From Octopus sinensis (lineage: Eukaryota), in the NCBI RefSeq assembly GCF_006345805.1, contig NC_042997.1:1178001-1242000 (forward strand): DNA of 64,000 nt. Reading direction: 5' to 3'. The notes beneath the pieces were generated by a model that was not told the origin of the DNA, did no database searches, and saw only the letters and a program-made list of their open reading frames with translations. The first letter of the stretch is position 1. Each line of letters starts with the position of its first letter. This document shows, piece by piece, positions 27,030 through 40,215 of the stretch. The position numbers and the translations under genes were made by a program.

Positions 27030-27379
27030 TATATTTACATATATATATACATATACATATATATATATATACACTATACGATTATATGTGTGTGAAGGTA
27101 AATGTGTGTATGGATGTACATGAATTTCGACGATGAGTACTCATTTGTACAATCAATTGCATTAACTCTCTGTGTAACTTGTTTCATTGGTGGCACTCAT
27201 CGACTTCTGTACAATTTCCTTCTAACCATTTTCGCTCACAATGTATGTATCAACCTGATCTAACCAAATTGACATTTACTGAAAATATCGCGCAGGTTTA
27301 TCGAACACTGTATATATGGTTGCGAATTATACTCTAAAAGGCCTATACAATATATATGTATATATATATATGTATGTAT

Positions 27380-27413
<34 letters not shown>

Positions 27414-27439
27414 ACATCAGATGAGATTGTGTGTTTGTG

Positions 27440-27700
27440 TGTGCGTCTGTGTGTGTGAATCCCTAAAACTCCAGAACTACCTAACCGATTTCATTGAAAT
27501 TTTAGACATGCCTTACTTAGGATCCATGCAGTCTCATGAACCAAAATATCCCAACTTTTTGCTTAATGCGAGTCCAGAGCAATCTCTTATCTCTTACACT
27601 ATTTTAGTATTACGTGCAAAAGTGAAACGATAACATCTCTGTATTGTAATGTGTGACCCCTTCAGTTTAAAGTAAACGTATTATCTCAAATACATACATG
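27440..27700 (+). mobile_element. Non-autonomous dispersed repeat (Helitron/Helentron-like), with related copies at 28630-28810
   Basis: Shared module ttgc(t/c)taatgcgag(t/c)ccagagcaatctct..tattacgt at about 27558 and 28717; accgatttcattgaaatt motif. Family assignment is inference. Confidence 0.45.
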
Positions 27701-29605
27701 CGTGCATACAATTTCATCATAAACACTCTACCACTGCTACTAATAGCTGTTGGGAGCCCTTTCACCCCTTCCTTGGATTCGAGCTGGAATCTCAAAAACA
27801 TTGTCCCTTTACATTTCATTCTCATTTGCTTCCCACGACAGGGAAATAAAATTTACTGCTCACGACGGGACAGTGAAAGATGGTAAGAAACATTAACCAG
27901 ATGCTACCGTGCCAATTGAAATATATTGTCATCCACTTCACCTCTAATCTTGTTACCGTATGGAGAGTTCAAATGACCCTACACAACTATAGTAGCATTG
28001 ATATCTTCATCCTTCTACCTGTCTGATTTCTTATAAATACGACAGAGCAGCCATGCATTAGCAAACAGCAGCCAAAATTAATGTTGAGGCAAACGACAAC
28101 ATTTGGAACTCAATTCATAACTACTTTCTCTTTTGCTCTTGTCATTTCTCTCGCCTTGCCTTTCACAGCATTGTTCTATCAAAGCATTGCTGATCAAGTA
28201 AATCCCATTCGTTCATTCTGCTGAATTCGGTAGTAACCTTTTTCATTTGTAAATTGGATCAACTTCGATAAATGAAACCGCACGCGTTTCACTAAGAAAA
28301 AAAAATGAAAGATTTCAATGCTATTTCTAGCTCGCGCTGCTACCACGTAACAGCTATTCGCAAATACTTGTTCAGTGGTAGCAGGATTTGCTAGAAATGC
28401 CAGCCAAATCGGTCGGTTAATGTTTACAAGTACATCTGCACGTCAACCCCCACCACTTTTCTTTCTTTCTTTCTTTCTTTCTTTGTTTATTTTCCTTCTT
28501 TCTTTCTTTTTCCAGCGTATTCGTTTTCGATCACGGACATTCCAATTATACAAAGAAAAAAAAATCTTTCATTTTCAATTCCCTGTCCCTACCCTAAATT
28601 TTTACATTTTAACTTTTTTCAAAATAATGTCTTACTTCTTGCCTAACGCGGGCGTCGAGCAATCTTTTACACTGGTTCAGTTTACGCATGTCATGGGTCT
28701 AAAATCTTCAACTTCTTGCCTAATGCGAGCCCAGAGCAATCTCTAATCTCTAACATAATTTCAGTATTACGTCTCTATTGTAATGAGATACTACTTTCAG
28801 TTTGAAAGAAGTCTGTCCTACATATATATTCCTTATGCATTCCAAAACCAAGTTTCCGATATTGACATATGGGGTATCAAAAGATCCAGTACCATTTTGG
28901 CTACAAACTAAACTTAATTCCCATTCACATATTTGTAGTTCAAAAATTTAACATTATAATCTTTTCCATAAATCAACTATCGTAAATATTTTATACGATG
29001 GCGACGATGACGTTACATTTTCTACATGCGTGTGTTCCTTAAAAGACATCAATCATCACGACACACACCTTCACTCACTCTATTTCTCTCCCTTTCTCTC
29101 TTTCTCTCTCACACACGCGCGCACACACACACGCACACACACACGCGCACGCACGCACGCACACACACACATGCGCACGCATGCACACACACACACATCC
29201 CTTTCATATACACGTACATGCATCTTTCATTTTCTGATCTTTATTTTCTTTGTCTCTGTTCTTTTCGCTTTCTCTTCTTTCAATTTATGCTTTCTTCAAA
29301 TAACTTTTTACGGAATCAGAGGGAGAATCACAAAACAAACAAAAAAACAACAAAAAAACCCCACGGAGACAAGAGAATGAAACAGAGATAGAAACCAAGT
29401 TTCTATAGGAGAAGATGAAGGACAGGGATAGCGGGTGAGAGAGAAATGCTGATGTTTCATACCTTATGTATGTTCTAAAAGTGTGAGTGTGTGTGTGTGC
29501 GCGCGAGCGTTGTTCCTTATGTATTCCAAAATGGGGTTGCCCATTTTGACGTATGGGTATCAAAATATTCAGTAATTTTTTGTCTACCGAATAAACTATA
29601 TTTTC

Positions 29606-31170
29606 ATTTACATATGCTCTATGCCGATGACGTGCCTCTCATAGCAGAATCACTACCGGAACTAGAAAAGAAATTTCGGGTGTGGAAACAAGGGTTAGAA
29701 TCAATGGGCCTTAGAGTAAATGTAGCGAAGACCAAAGTTATAGTAAGCAGAAAGGCGAACTCAGCACACACTCCATCGGGCAGGTGGCCCTGCTCGATCT
29801 GTAGGAAAGGTGTAGGTAGAAACTCCATAAGATGCACCCAGTGTAAGCTATGGACGCATACAAGGTGCAGCAACATCAAAGGGAAATTAACTGATAAGAT
29901 AGCTTTCATGTGCGACAGATGCACAGGGACAATAGACACCACAAATACTCAGAAAACAGATTCCATCACACTCCAGGGGGAGAAACTAGAAGTAGTTGAT
30001 AGTTTCCGCTACCTGGGTGACCAAGTTACTAGTGGAAGTGGATGCTCAGAGAGTGTCACCGCTAGAATACGAATAGCCTGGGCAAAGTTTAGAAAGCTCC
30101 TACCCCTACTGGCGACAAAGAGTCTCTCACTCAGAGTGAAAGGTAGATTGTATGATGCATGTGTGCGAACTGCCATGCTTCACGTAGTGAAACATGGGCC
30201 GTGACTGCAGAGGACATGCGTAGACTTGAAAGAAATGAAGCTAGCATGATCCGCTGGATGTGTAATGTCAGTGTGAATGCAGGACAGAGTGTAAGCACTC
30301 TGAGAGAAATGCTAGACATAAGAAGCACCAGATGCGGTGTGCAAGAGCGACGCTTGTGATGGTATGGTCATGTACTGCAGATGGATGAGGAGAGATGTGT
30401 GAAGAAGTGCCGCTCCCAAACAGTTGAAGGAATCAGGGGGAGAGGTAGACCCAGAAAGACATGGGATGAGGTAGTCAAGCATGACCTCAGAGCGTTGGGC
30501 CTCACTGAGGCAATAGCGAAGGACCGAGATCTCTGGAGATGTGCTGTGACTGCAAAGACCCGGGATGCTTCCGGCACCAGTTCCGCATAGCCCCTGCCCT
30601 TTCAAAGTACCTTGGATCCCAGAACATCTTGCTGTGCTTGAGGAGACCTGTTGAGTTAAGTGCATGTACATGAACATCGAAACAAATATCAATGGAAATA
30701 GAAGTTGTGATACCTGTGCCGGTGGCACATAAAAAGCACCATACGAACGTGGCCGTTGCCAGCGCCGCCTCGACTGGCGTCTGTGCCGGTGGGACATAAA
30801 AAGCACCATCCGAACGTGGCCGATGCCAGCGCCGCCTCGACTGGCTTCTGTGCCGGTGGCACATAAAAAGCACCATCCGAACGTGGCCGATGCCAGCGCC
30901 GCCTCGCCTGGCTTCCGTGCCGGTGGCACGTTAAATGCACCAACCGATCGTGGCCGATGCCAGACGCCCCTGGCACCTGTGCAGGTGGCATGTAAAAAGC
31001 ACCCACTACACTCGCGGAGTGGTTGGCGTTAGGAAGGGCATCCAGCTGTAGAAACACTGCCAGATCAGACTGGAGCCTGGTGCAGCCCCTGGCTTCCCAG
31101 ACCCCGGTCGAACCGTCCAACCCATGCTAGCGCGGAAAACGGACGTTAAACGATGATGATGATGATGATG
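29606..31170 (+). mobile_element. 5'-truncated RTE LINE: RT C-terminal half, 3'UTR and (gat)n tail
   Basis: LYADDVPLIAES...VNVAKTKV...FRYLGD...RIAWAKFR...ETWAVT...GHV..M..RGRPRKTW; a few frameshifts and stops; tail gatgatgatgatgatg at about 31150. Confidence 0.95.
30714..31003 (+). repeat. 67-bp minisatellite (about 4.4 copies) in the RTE 3'UTR
   Basis: Units start at 30714, 30781, 30848 and 30915 (ctgtgccggtggcacataaaaagcacc...). Confidence 0.9.
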
Positions 31171-31930
31171 ACATATTCTACGTTATCCCAACAACCAGTT
31201 TTAGTTATTTGAAGATACTGCTCTACAACGACCAGGTTTCATTAGCAAGTGAAAATAGTTTTACACTTTCAATTTCAAACAAAATTACAAAGTGTTGCAT
31301 TACAAGAGTGATGATGTTTCAATTATGAAAGTAATTTTTCACCGAATTAGTCACATCTGTATTATAATGAATAAAATTACTTATCATCTATAATGTGATA
31401 AGGCTGTAATACCGTTCCACGTTCATTCTTTCACGTTCACTTCTCATGTGATAACATTAAGATCATCTTATTTCTATTATATTTAAAACAAATGAATAAT
31501 TTACATCCTAATCTGAACAACATTCCACATCGGCAACTTTCCGTCTTTACGGCCACAACAGCAAAATGGTGTGTCAATGTATGTGTTTGACAGACATAAC
31601 GAACTGCTGAAGGTGAAACACTTGACAAAAAAACAATGATGTGGCAGGTCCAAGCGATATAAAAATACACATTTACCGTTCAATTACTAGTTAATAATTT
31701 TCACAGCAGTTGCAAGGCTGCAAAGTATTTACAGTTACATATTTACCTTTAAATTAAGGTGCATGTGCTTAATACATACATACATGCATACGTATATATA
31801 TATGTGCTTCTATTTATACTACATACAAAAATAAAAACATATAACATACATACAACTGCTTACAAAAATAAGTATTAATGTATAATTTCTTTCTATGTTC
31901 ATAATTTGTTGTTTAAAATATTGAAAAAAT

Positions 31931-32940
31931 ATGCCACCAAAGAAAAGACGTAATCTCTCCAGAAACAAGTATAAAGCAAGGAGGATTGTAGAAAACCGAA
32001 GGCGAGTCTGAAGAGAGAAGCGAGATGAGATTTTCTCAAGATCAGCAACGGCATGCTGCAGTACGTCAGACGGAGTCTCAAGAGAGACGTGAGATGAAAG
32101 TTTCCCAAGATCTGCAAATGCATGCTGCAGCACTTAATGCTGGATTATTAAATCACTGTCTTAGTGACTAGCCGGAGGTCCTATAGAATAGCTCTCAGAA
32201 ACAGACTACTTACAAGTTCGTTCTTCACAAATCCTGAAGCTGTTTTCAGATATGATCTATCCCATTCTTATAAAAATAATAGCTGTGTCCTGAGTGGTGT
32301 GCTAAACACAAATTGTCGTTTCTGTTAAGATTTAAAATTTTCAAATGAAACAAACAATATGTGCTACTCAGGCGGTCAGGTAAAATTGCCAGCACTAACA
32401 CCTCCTAGTCAAACTCTTTTGGATTTTCTATCTAGAAGGCACTTCCATCTAGTCAAATGATTTTACGAACGATATCAGACAATGCAACTCCACATTTCAA
32501 ATGACATCGTTTGGTGCATCTAAGAAGATAGTTTAATATGTATTTACGCCGACGTCAAAGTTCAGGAGCAAGTCTATCACCTGTTACCACAAATGAACAA
32601 CCACAGTTCCGCCAAATTTACTTTATGAGTGATGTAGGACAACAAACCCGATGAGTCGTGTTAGACATCACCGAATGCTGCAAAAAGAGTATACCAACTG
32701 ACAGATTTTCGGTGCGTTCAAAAATTACATACTCCACCCCCGATTTTCTACGAGAGATTAGAACCTGAAATACTCCAAACGAACACATTGCATGTTTCTT
32801 AGGCAGATTAGCCAATCATTTACGCCACGATTGTTTAGTTGTCAATGCTACACTTTCCCATATCACCAGTTTCAACATAACCGTAATATATTATACACAA
32901 ACTATACCACTTTAATCCCGAGGAACGCCGGGTATATCTG
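31931..32940 (+). mobile_element. Internally deleted Helitron: Rep N-terminal region joined to a 3' hairpin
   Basis: MPPKKRRNL..; CRFC..KFSNET..MCYSGGQVKLP; FQMTSFGA; TFKV.EQVYH; terminal hairpin cccgaggaacgccggg at about 32917. Confidence 0.8.
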
Positions 32941-33118
32941 CGCGCGCGCGCGCACACACACACATCTATATATGTATATGTATATATACACACATATACA
33001 TATATATATATATGTGTGTGTCTGATATGTATATATATATATATATGCACTAACACAGGCATAAGCATACACGTACGTGCGCACAAACGCAGACATATAC
33101 ACGTACTTACATAAACAT

Positions 33119-33173
<55 letters not shown>

Positions 33174-34936
33174 ATATATATGTGATATCAAATGTATATA
33201 CATGTTTCTGTCATTCAGGATTTCTCTGTGTGTCTGTGTCATGAAGGAAATATGTACACGTATATATAATCACCATAATGAACATCCATTTAATCCGATA
33301 CATATCTAAAGCAATTATTTTTCAATGAGTAAATTCCAAAAGTAATATTCTCTTTAATTGTAAAATATGCACACGCACACACGTACACACACATGCACGT
33401 ACACACATACGTCTTTTATGAATATTAATTATTTCATCAATTTATCCGTTTTCTCTATTATCTCATATAAACTATCAAAACCTGATCATATCTAGTTATT
33501 GAAATTCGCATCTAATATCTTTCCTGGAGACATTTTAACAAAAATGCATTAGGGGATCATTTTATTTCTAAAATATATGTTTATTGAAGATTGACTTTGT
33601 TCTTGGGAAATATTTCAGCTGAAACAATATACGATTTTAATTGTAAATGCAAAATTAATTATGGTAAAATTTGCAAGAGATACATAAGAAAAAATCCTTG
33701 CACATATTGTGAGTAGAGCGCAGCATATCGGTTATATATGTATAAGAAACCTTTTAACAAATATATGATGATGTCTTTCAGTATACAGAACTCACGAGAA
33801 TTATTACCAAACGTATATATATATATGTATATATATATATTTAAAATGAATAAAAGAATGGAGTTGAACGAGAATTTTAACAAAATTCCTTTAATTTCAA
33901 CACATATTTGCTACCCAGGTATCGGTCAATCGAATTATCAATACTAGGATAATTCATTCACCTACTTATATATATATATATATATATATATATAGCAATG
34001 AACAATTGTATAAATGCAGAATGCTCGATTGAAAGAAAATTCTAATGAATTGAGAAAATGAAAAAATATAGAAATATATATTTATTCAAACCGGTTTTCG
34101 TCATAGTTTGACTTATCAAGAATAGTTAGGTGAAAAGGTTTTTTTTAAAATGAGAAAGGGGAAAAAAAGTTGCATTGTTTTTTGCAAAAGAATAATAGTA
34201 GTAAATATGTATAAAAATTAAAAAATAAGTACTCCTATACATTGTGAGTTCGTTGTGTATCTTGAGTTTAATAATTGTTCATGAAAAATTTACCTTGAGG
34301 TATTAGGATCCAATGGGATTAAGGCCATGTGTTGTTTGGTTTAATTTAGGATGTTGGCAAAACAGGAAGTAGTAGTAATTGTGGTTCTTCAGTTCCTGTG
34401 TTGTGAATAAGGGGAGACAACTCTTTTGAGTTCTTAAATAAAAGCTGCTGATAAACCCCAAATTATAAAATTGTAATTTTAGCTTCATTTGCATTATCTT
34501 TTTTATATAATTGTTTGTTAATTTAACTTTCAGATTTTAACATTTTATTTATATTATTTTCTAATTATATAAATTTGCATAGACAATTGCATTTCAGATT
34601 ATTATATCATAAATAATAAAGATGATGGTAATAACAACAATAGTAAAAATGATATTTAAAGAGTATAAGTTTTTGCTTGAAGTGATGAATCTATGGTATC
34701 CTTATATATTTGTGTGAGTCCATCCATGAAGAATGGGGTAGAAAAGGGAAGTTTGATCAACGAGGAGTTTGTATGTTAAGTTGTGTTTGGAATTTTTCAA
34801 TAAAGAGATTCTCCTTGTTAATTCTCTCCTGTGTGGTGATGCCGTCTTTACATTGGTAGAAGGGGAATATATAGAATTTGGGGTTTAAGTCTTTCGCGCA
34901 TGAGTCTATGTGGCACAACCTCACCATTTATTGATC

Positions 34937-35011
<75 letters not shown>

Positions 35012-35866
35012 ATATATATGTATGTATATATATAGGTAAACTCACCAAGATCGGTTGTCAATTGGTGGCGGACAAACACATACACACACACACACGTTCA
35101 CACATACGTGCATACACACACACACACATACATAAACTTGTCACAATTTGTAAATCTAGGACCGTTTGTTTGACCAGATTTCCTTGACTGTAATATGAGA
35201 TGGGAATTGTCAGCGATACCAATTCGATTGTGTAACTGTCGGATTAGGCGGCCCTTCTGCCTGAATGTGTGTGTGTGTGTGTGTGTGTGCAACTAGTATT
35301 TGTCCGTGTGTGTCTGCCATGTTTATTTGTGCATGTTTGTGTGTCTTGATTACATGAGCTCGTGGGTGCGTGCTGATGTGTGTACCTGTGTGTATCTGGT
35401 GCATGTGACTGGGTACTATGCAAATGTGGCTGAGTGTGCGAGCTACTATTTGCTGTGTGTGTGTATGTATGTGCGAGTGTGTGGTGTTAATGTATGATTG
35501 TGTATACGTATGAATACGTCTGCTACGTGCGAATACGCATATTCTCAATACTTGCGTGTGGAGGTATGGGCTGCGTGCATATCTGCATGGGTGGCTGAGT
35601 GTATGTTTAAATCTCCAGTGGATGTATGATATGAATATCTCTGGTATGTGCGTGTTTGTGTCTATGAGTGTGTGTGTACGTTCTGGTGTGTGTACAAATG
35701 GGACTAGTGTGTGCGTATGTATGTGTAATGATGCGCTACTGTGTCGTGTTTCGTACGTGGAGATTACATAGCTGGAGATGACGTATTAAACGTATAACTG
35801 AGTCATTCATCGCAACGGTATTAACAAATACACCGAACAGCACGTAACAATAAAAAGAAAAGCCTA

Positions 35867-35904
<38 letters not shown>

Positions 35905-38900
35905 ATGCAATGAGAAAACTGCGTGAAGCCGTACTGTAGAGTGCTTCATTAGACCGGTCATTATACTTAGGGCCAGAGAATATATATCGAAACCACACAT
36001 CAGAAGAGATGGTTCATAAATTATTTGGTCATGCTATATTTTATGTCTTTCAATTTTAAGCAAATTGCATTGTCAAATCTTTGGATATTACGTAACTCTT
36101 GATATGAAAGAGATAAAAATTGTACGGGACATCGGACAATATTTCTGTATCAACATTTACAACTACAGTTCAGTGTTTTTAACGTGTATCAAATAGTGCA
36201 TGTATTAAATAATGAGACAGTGGGCATGAAAAATAATTGTAAATATTTTCGCATTTACTGCGATTATATAAGATAATAGAAGCTGCTACATTGTATAGAA
36301 TATACTCGAACAAAAGACAAACAAAAACGAATAGTTATATGAAACTGAATTCCGTAGTAAGAGCGAAAAAGGATGTGATAACGTCATCTAAACCAAGTAG
36401 ATAATTAAAAAAAGAGGTTATTTGAACACTTATTACATTTGACAATGATTTATTCGAATGTTTCCTTATTTTGAAAATGCTCAAAATAGAAACCTAACAT
36501 GCGATCTCAGCAAACAATGACGGGAAGCAGAGCAGAGTGAATCAGATTAGTATAATACAAAAGAACGTTGTATGACAAATCATCACTGAGTAACGATATA
36601 AAAACAAAGAAACACAATACATGCTGTCCTAGAGTTTATCAAGGATGACATATTCTGTCATTATTGCGATCACACATCTTAACATTTTCATGCAATTTGA
36701 CCATCGCAAATGGCTTTCCTTTTAACAATTATTCCCATACACAATGCCGATTTTCCACTTTAGCAAAATAAAGTAGAATCTAAAAAAAATATAAATAAAT
36801 GATGGCTTCTGTGAACAAACCTCAGTGATACACGGCAACTAAACACCCGAATTCTTTGCAATACCCAGATGTCACATGGTGACAGTAGCTGGAGATGCCA
36901 TAGCTGGAGATGCCATAGCTGGATATGACGTATTCAACGTGTAATTCAGTCACTAATCACAACGATATTAACAACAATAAACTGAAAATAAAAAGAGCCA
37001 CCATATATATACACTATAAATAATGAAATGGAATAAGCAACAGCCAAAAAAACCCCATATATTAGATACCATAATTCGAGCATTTTAGTTGAAATAACAA
37101 AGAAACGAATGTAGATATGCTGTATTGGTATTCAGAATACATGAAAAATGTCTCAACCGCACTCAGTATAGGATATTAACAGGAATAAAATAACAAAATC
37201 AGTAAATGAAGGAATAATATTCACACTAGTGTATCATAACACAGAACGCCTAGGAAAGTAAGATTTTCAGAAACCGTGAAAAACCCTTACAAATTCAACT
37301 CATACGTTCATGCAAAAGAAAAAACAAAAAAAAAATGACAGATTTTTCACAGCTGGCATGCGTTTCGTCTTAGGTCTCCTGGATTAGGTTTGAGAATGAG
37401 TTAAAATCTTATAAGTAACTTTAATACAATAAAACATATTCGTGAAAATATTCAATACCTGGAAATAATTCAATAATTAATATAAAGAGTAAACAGACAA
37501 ATGATCGAAGTCCGACGCTAAATGTGATCGTAACATTACATAATAACAACAAAACTCCCAAACATAATCACTGGAAACATAATTGAACCTTTTACTAAAA
37601 TCTATATAAACTGACTAGAGCCACGATAATTACAATTTAAAACATACAAGTGTTATGTCGCACGTTTGGATACCTTCTACTCAACTCTTCTTTACTCCGA
37701 CCGCTACTCAACTGTGTTCAAGTCTGTACTATGATGTCTAGGCTTCTCCCACTATATCTACGTATTGGGCTAGCTTACGTCATCGTCCACAGAACAGGTA
37801 ATTTTTCGAAACCTATTGGATTGCAAAGACATTGAAGGCAACATACCGAGAAAAAAAGTAAAATGATAGTAACGATCTCAAAATATTTATTAGAGTCAAG
37901 AACTAAAAGACTCAGCCGAAGACAACAATGAGACAAAATATGAGATGTAACAAAAACCCGAAATCAATGACCACCTGAATACAAGCGCCCATCGCTAAAT
38001 CGCAAAAGAATTCGTCACTGTGAAAAATGACAAAGATTCTTTGAATAACACAAACTGATCAATACCCACTCCAAACCATTTTACCAAGATCAAAAGCACA
38101 AATGGAATGTAAATCAATATAAACCACCAACAGTACAAGAATTAGACATTTTTGTTTTCATGTCGAGTATTGAGAGTCCGTCGATCGTGATACATGACAA
38201 CGATCAAAATAACAGGTGCCTAAGGTAAACATATTTGAGATGCAGTACCAATATATTATAATTGAAGACGCAACTAAAAGAGAATTCTTGTCATTATAAG
38301 TTCCAGGAAGTGATAATCTTCTATATACCAGGTATTCGAGAAAAATGTTTAACATTTTCAAATATTGAGCGAAAATGTTAGAAACTACACCCAAAAACAC
38401 ACCTTGGGCAAAGCATCGTAATCCTTAATTTGAACTGAAAAGAAACCTGTAATCTACTAGCCTGCTGCATAAAAAGGGTTTAAAAGTAATTCTGAAACTG
38501 GAAAAATCAAATCAAATCATATTACAGTTTGGGAATCAATCACTTCAAAATTCTATCAGCTATTTAAGAGAAATGTGACGCTTCATAATCTTGTATTGTT
38601 CTAAATATCAATTACTGCTCAAAAACAATATAAACAACTCGAAAGTAAAAGGAGAGTATTTCACACTCCGTACATTTAGGATACTTTCGTTGTGACTACT
38701 TAGATTAATTGTATGCATGTACATCAAAGAAAATGTGAATAAATGGCAAAGTATTTTAAAGATACATAAAACTCTGAATTATAAGAAAACGAACCTCTAT
38801 CATGTTAGAAGAGACGTATTATCTCAATACATTTATCTCCCTAACGTTAATACATTTAACTCAAAGCTTAAACTTGTAGAGACTTGGCGTCAAATGTTCT

Positions 38901-38986
38901 ATGAGAGAATATTCATGCTTTTTTTTTATAAGCATATATGTATATGTAGTGGGAAAAATGCAGAAGCAGTTGCAAATATTCTTTTC

Positions 38987-39117
38987 TACTCTAGGCACAA
39001 GGCCCAAACTTTTTTGGGAGGAGGCCAGTCGACTAGATCGAACCCAAAAGGATGAAAGGCAAAGTCAACCTCGGCGGAATTTGAACTGAGAACGTACAGG
39101 CAGACGAAATACCGAGC
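38987..39117 (-). mobile_element. Partial SINE family A-related copy
   Basis: aaaggatgaaaggcaaagtcaacctcggcggaatttgaactgagaacg matches 8150-8200. Confidence 0.8.
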
Positions 39118-39289
39118 AGTTAGAAATATTGCAGCACCCCATACGTATACATAAGCATAACAGAAGTAAATAGACACACTTATAATCATATAAATTTATT
39201 TAAATCTGAAATTATACATTCAAATTATTTATTAATTGTTATAGTATGAATACTTAATATTTAGTAGATATACCCTTTGCTTTTTTTCA

Positions 39290-40215
39290 ATGCAAGGACC
39301 CTATTAGGCATGTTACCGATCAGATGACGAATATTCGTTTGCGGAATTTTCTTGCCAAATTTCATGCAGTAATCTCAAAAGATTTGGCTTTGAATATGTT
39401 TTCTTGTTCATTTTATAAAGGGCCATGTCCATTATCTCCCAGAGGTCCCCAATAGGGTTGGTATCTGGTGACTGGCTTGACCATGGAAACTTTGGCCATT
39501 CTAATCCCAAAAGTCTTGGGTCATTTTAGCCGTATGACATGGAACCTCCTCTTCCATAAATAAATAAGGCCGTGTGACAAGGAACCTCATCTTCCATAAA
39601 TAAAGTGTTCTTTAATCATTTCACCGCCTGAAAAGATTGGAAGGACTCTTTTCTGCAATATGAACACATATTTATATGAGTTTATGTTTCCCTCACATTC
39701 CACTAGCTCTGATCAACCATTACTCCAAATTGATCCGCGTTTCATTGTTGGCTGCAATCTTTTCACATCTAATTCTTGATCACGCTTTCCAGACCCACAC
39801 TCGATCACTGTCAAGAAATCATCAAAGCTGGACCCACCAGAGAATATGACAGTGTCCCAAAATGCTACTGGCCTCTCCACTATTTCACTGACCCAATCTT
39901 TTCTCTGCTTGATGTTGGCTGGTCGAAGAAGTGGCCTCACTCTTGCTATTCTGCCATAATAACCAGCTGTTCTGAAACTGACATTAATTTGTTCTGCTAT
40001 GTCAGATGGATTGCAACGAGGGCCTTGTTGATCTGGGCGAGGTGATGTGAACTCCTTCCCATCTCTGGTGAATTTCACAATCACTCATTAAATGTAGAAA
40101 GAGGAATCCCAAAGTTTATTGCGATTTTTCGGTATATCCACCTTCAGAACGACCGTGATGCGGCCTCTCAGAAATTTAGACAGTTCCAAGTTTTCATTTG
40201 TACATGGCACGATGA
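39290..40215 (-). mobile_element. Decayed Tc1-like DNA transposon
   Basis: Minus frames ..RIARVRPLLRPANIKQRKDW..WDTVIFS.. and WSSQSPDTNPIGDLW (Tc1 SPDLNPIENLW motif); internal ~40-bp duplication at 39528-39603. Confidence 0.85.

Noticed and set aside
30714-31003. CRISPR-like array
   Set aside because: Contiguous tandem units with no unique spacers, inside a eukaryotic LINE 3'UTR.
37335-37420. Minus-strand GAAA-cgcatg-CC-agctg half-hammerhead
   Set aside because: No upstream CUGANGA found.
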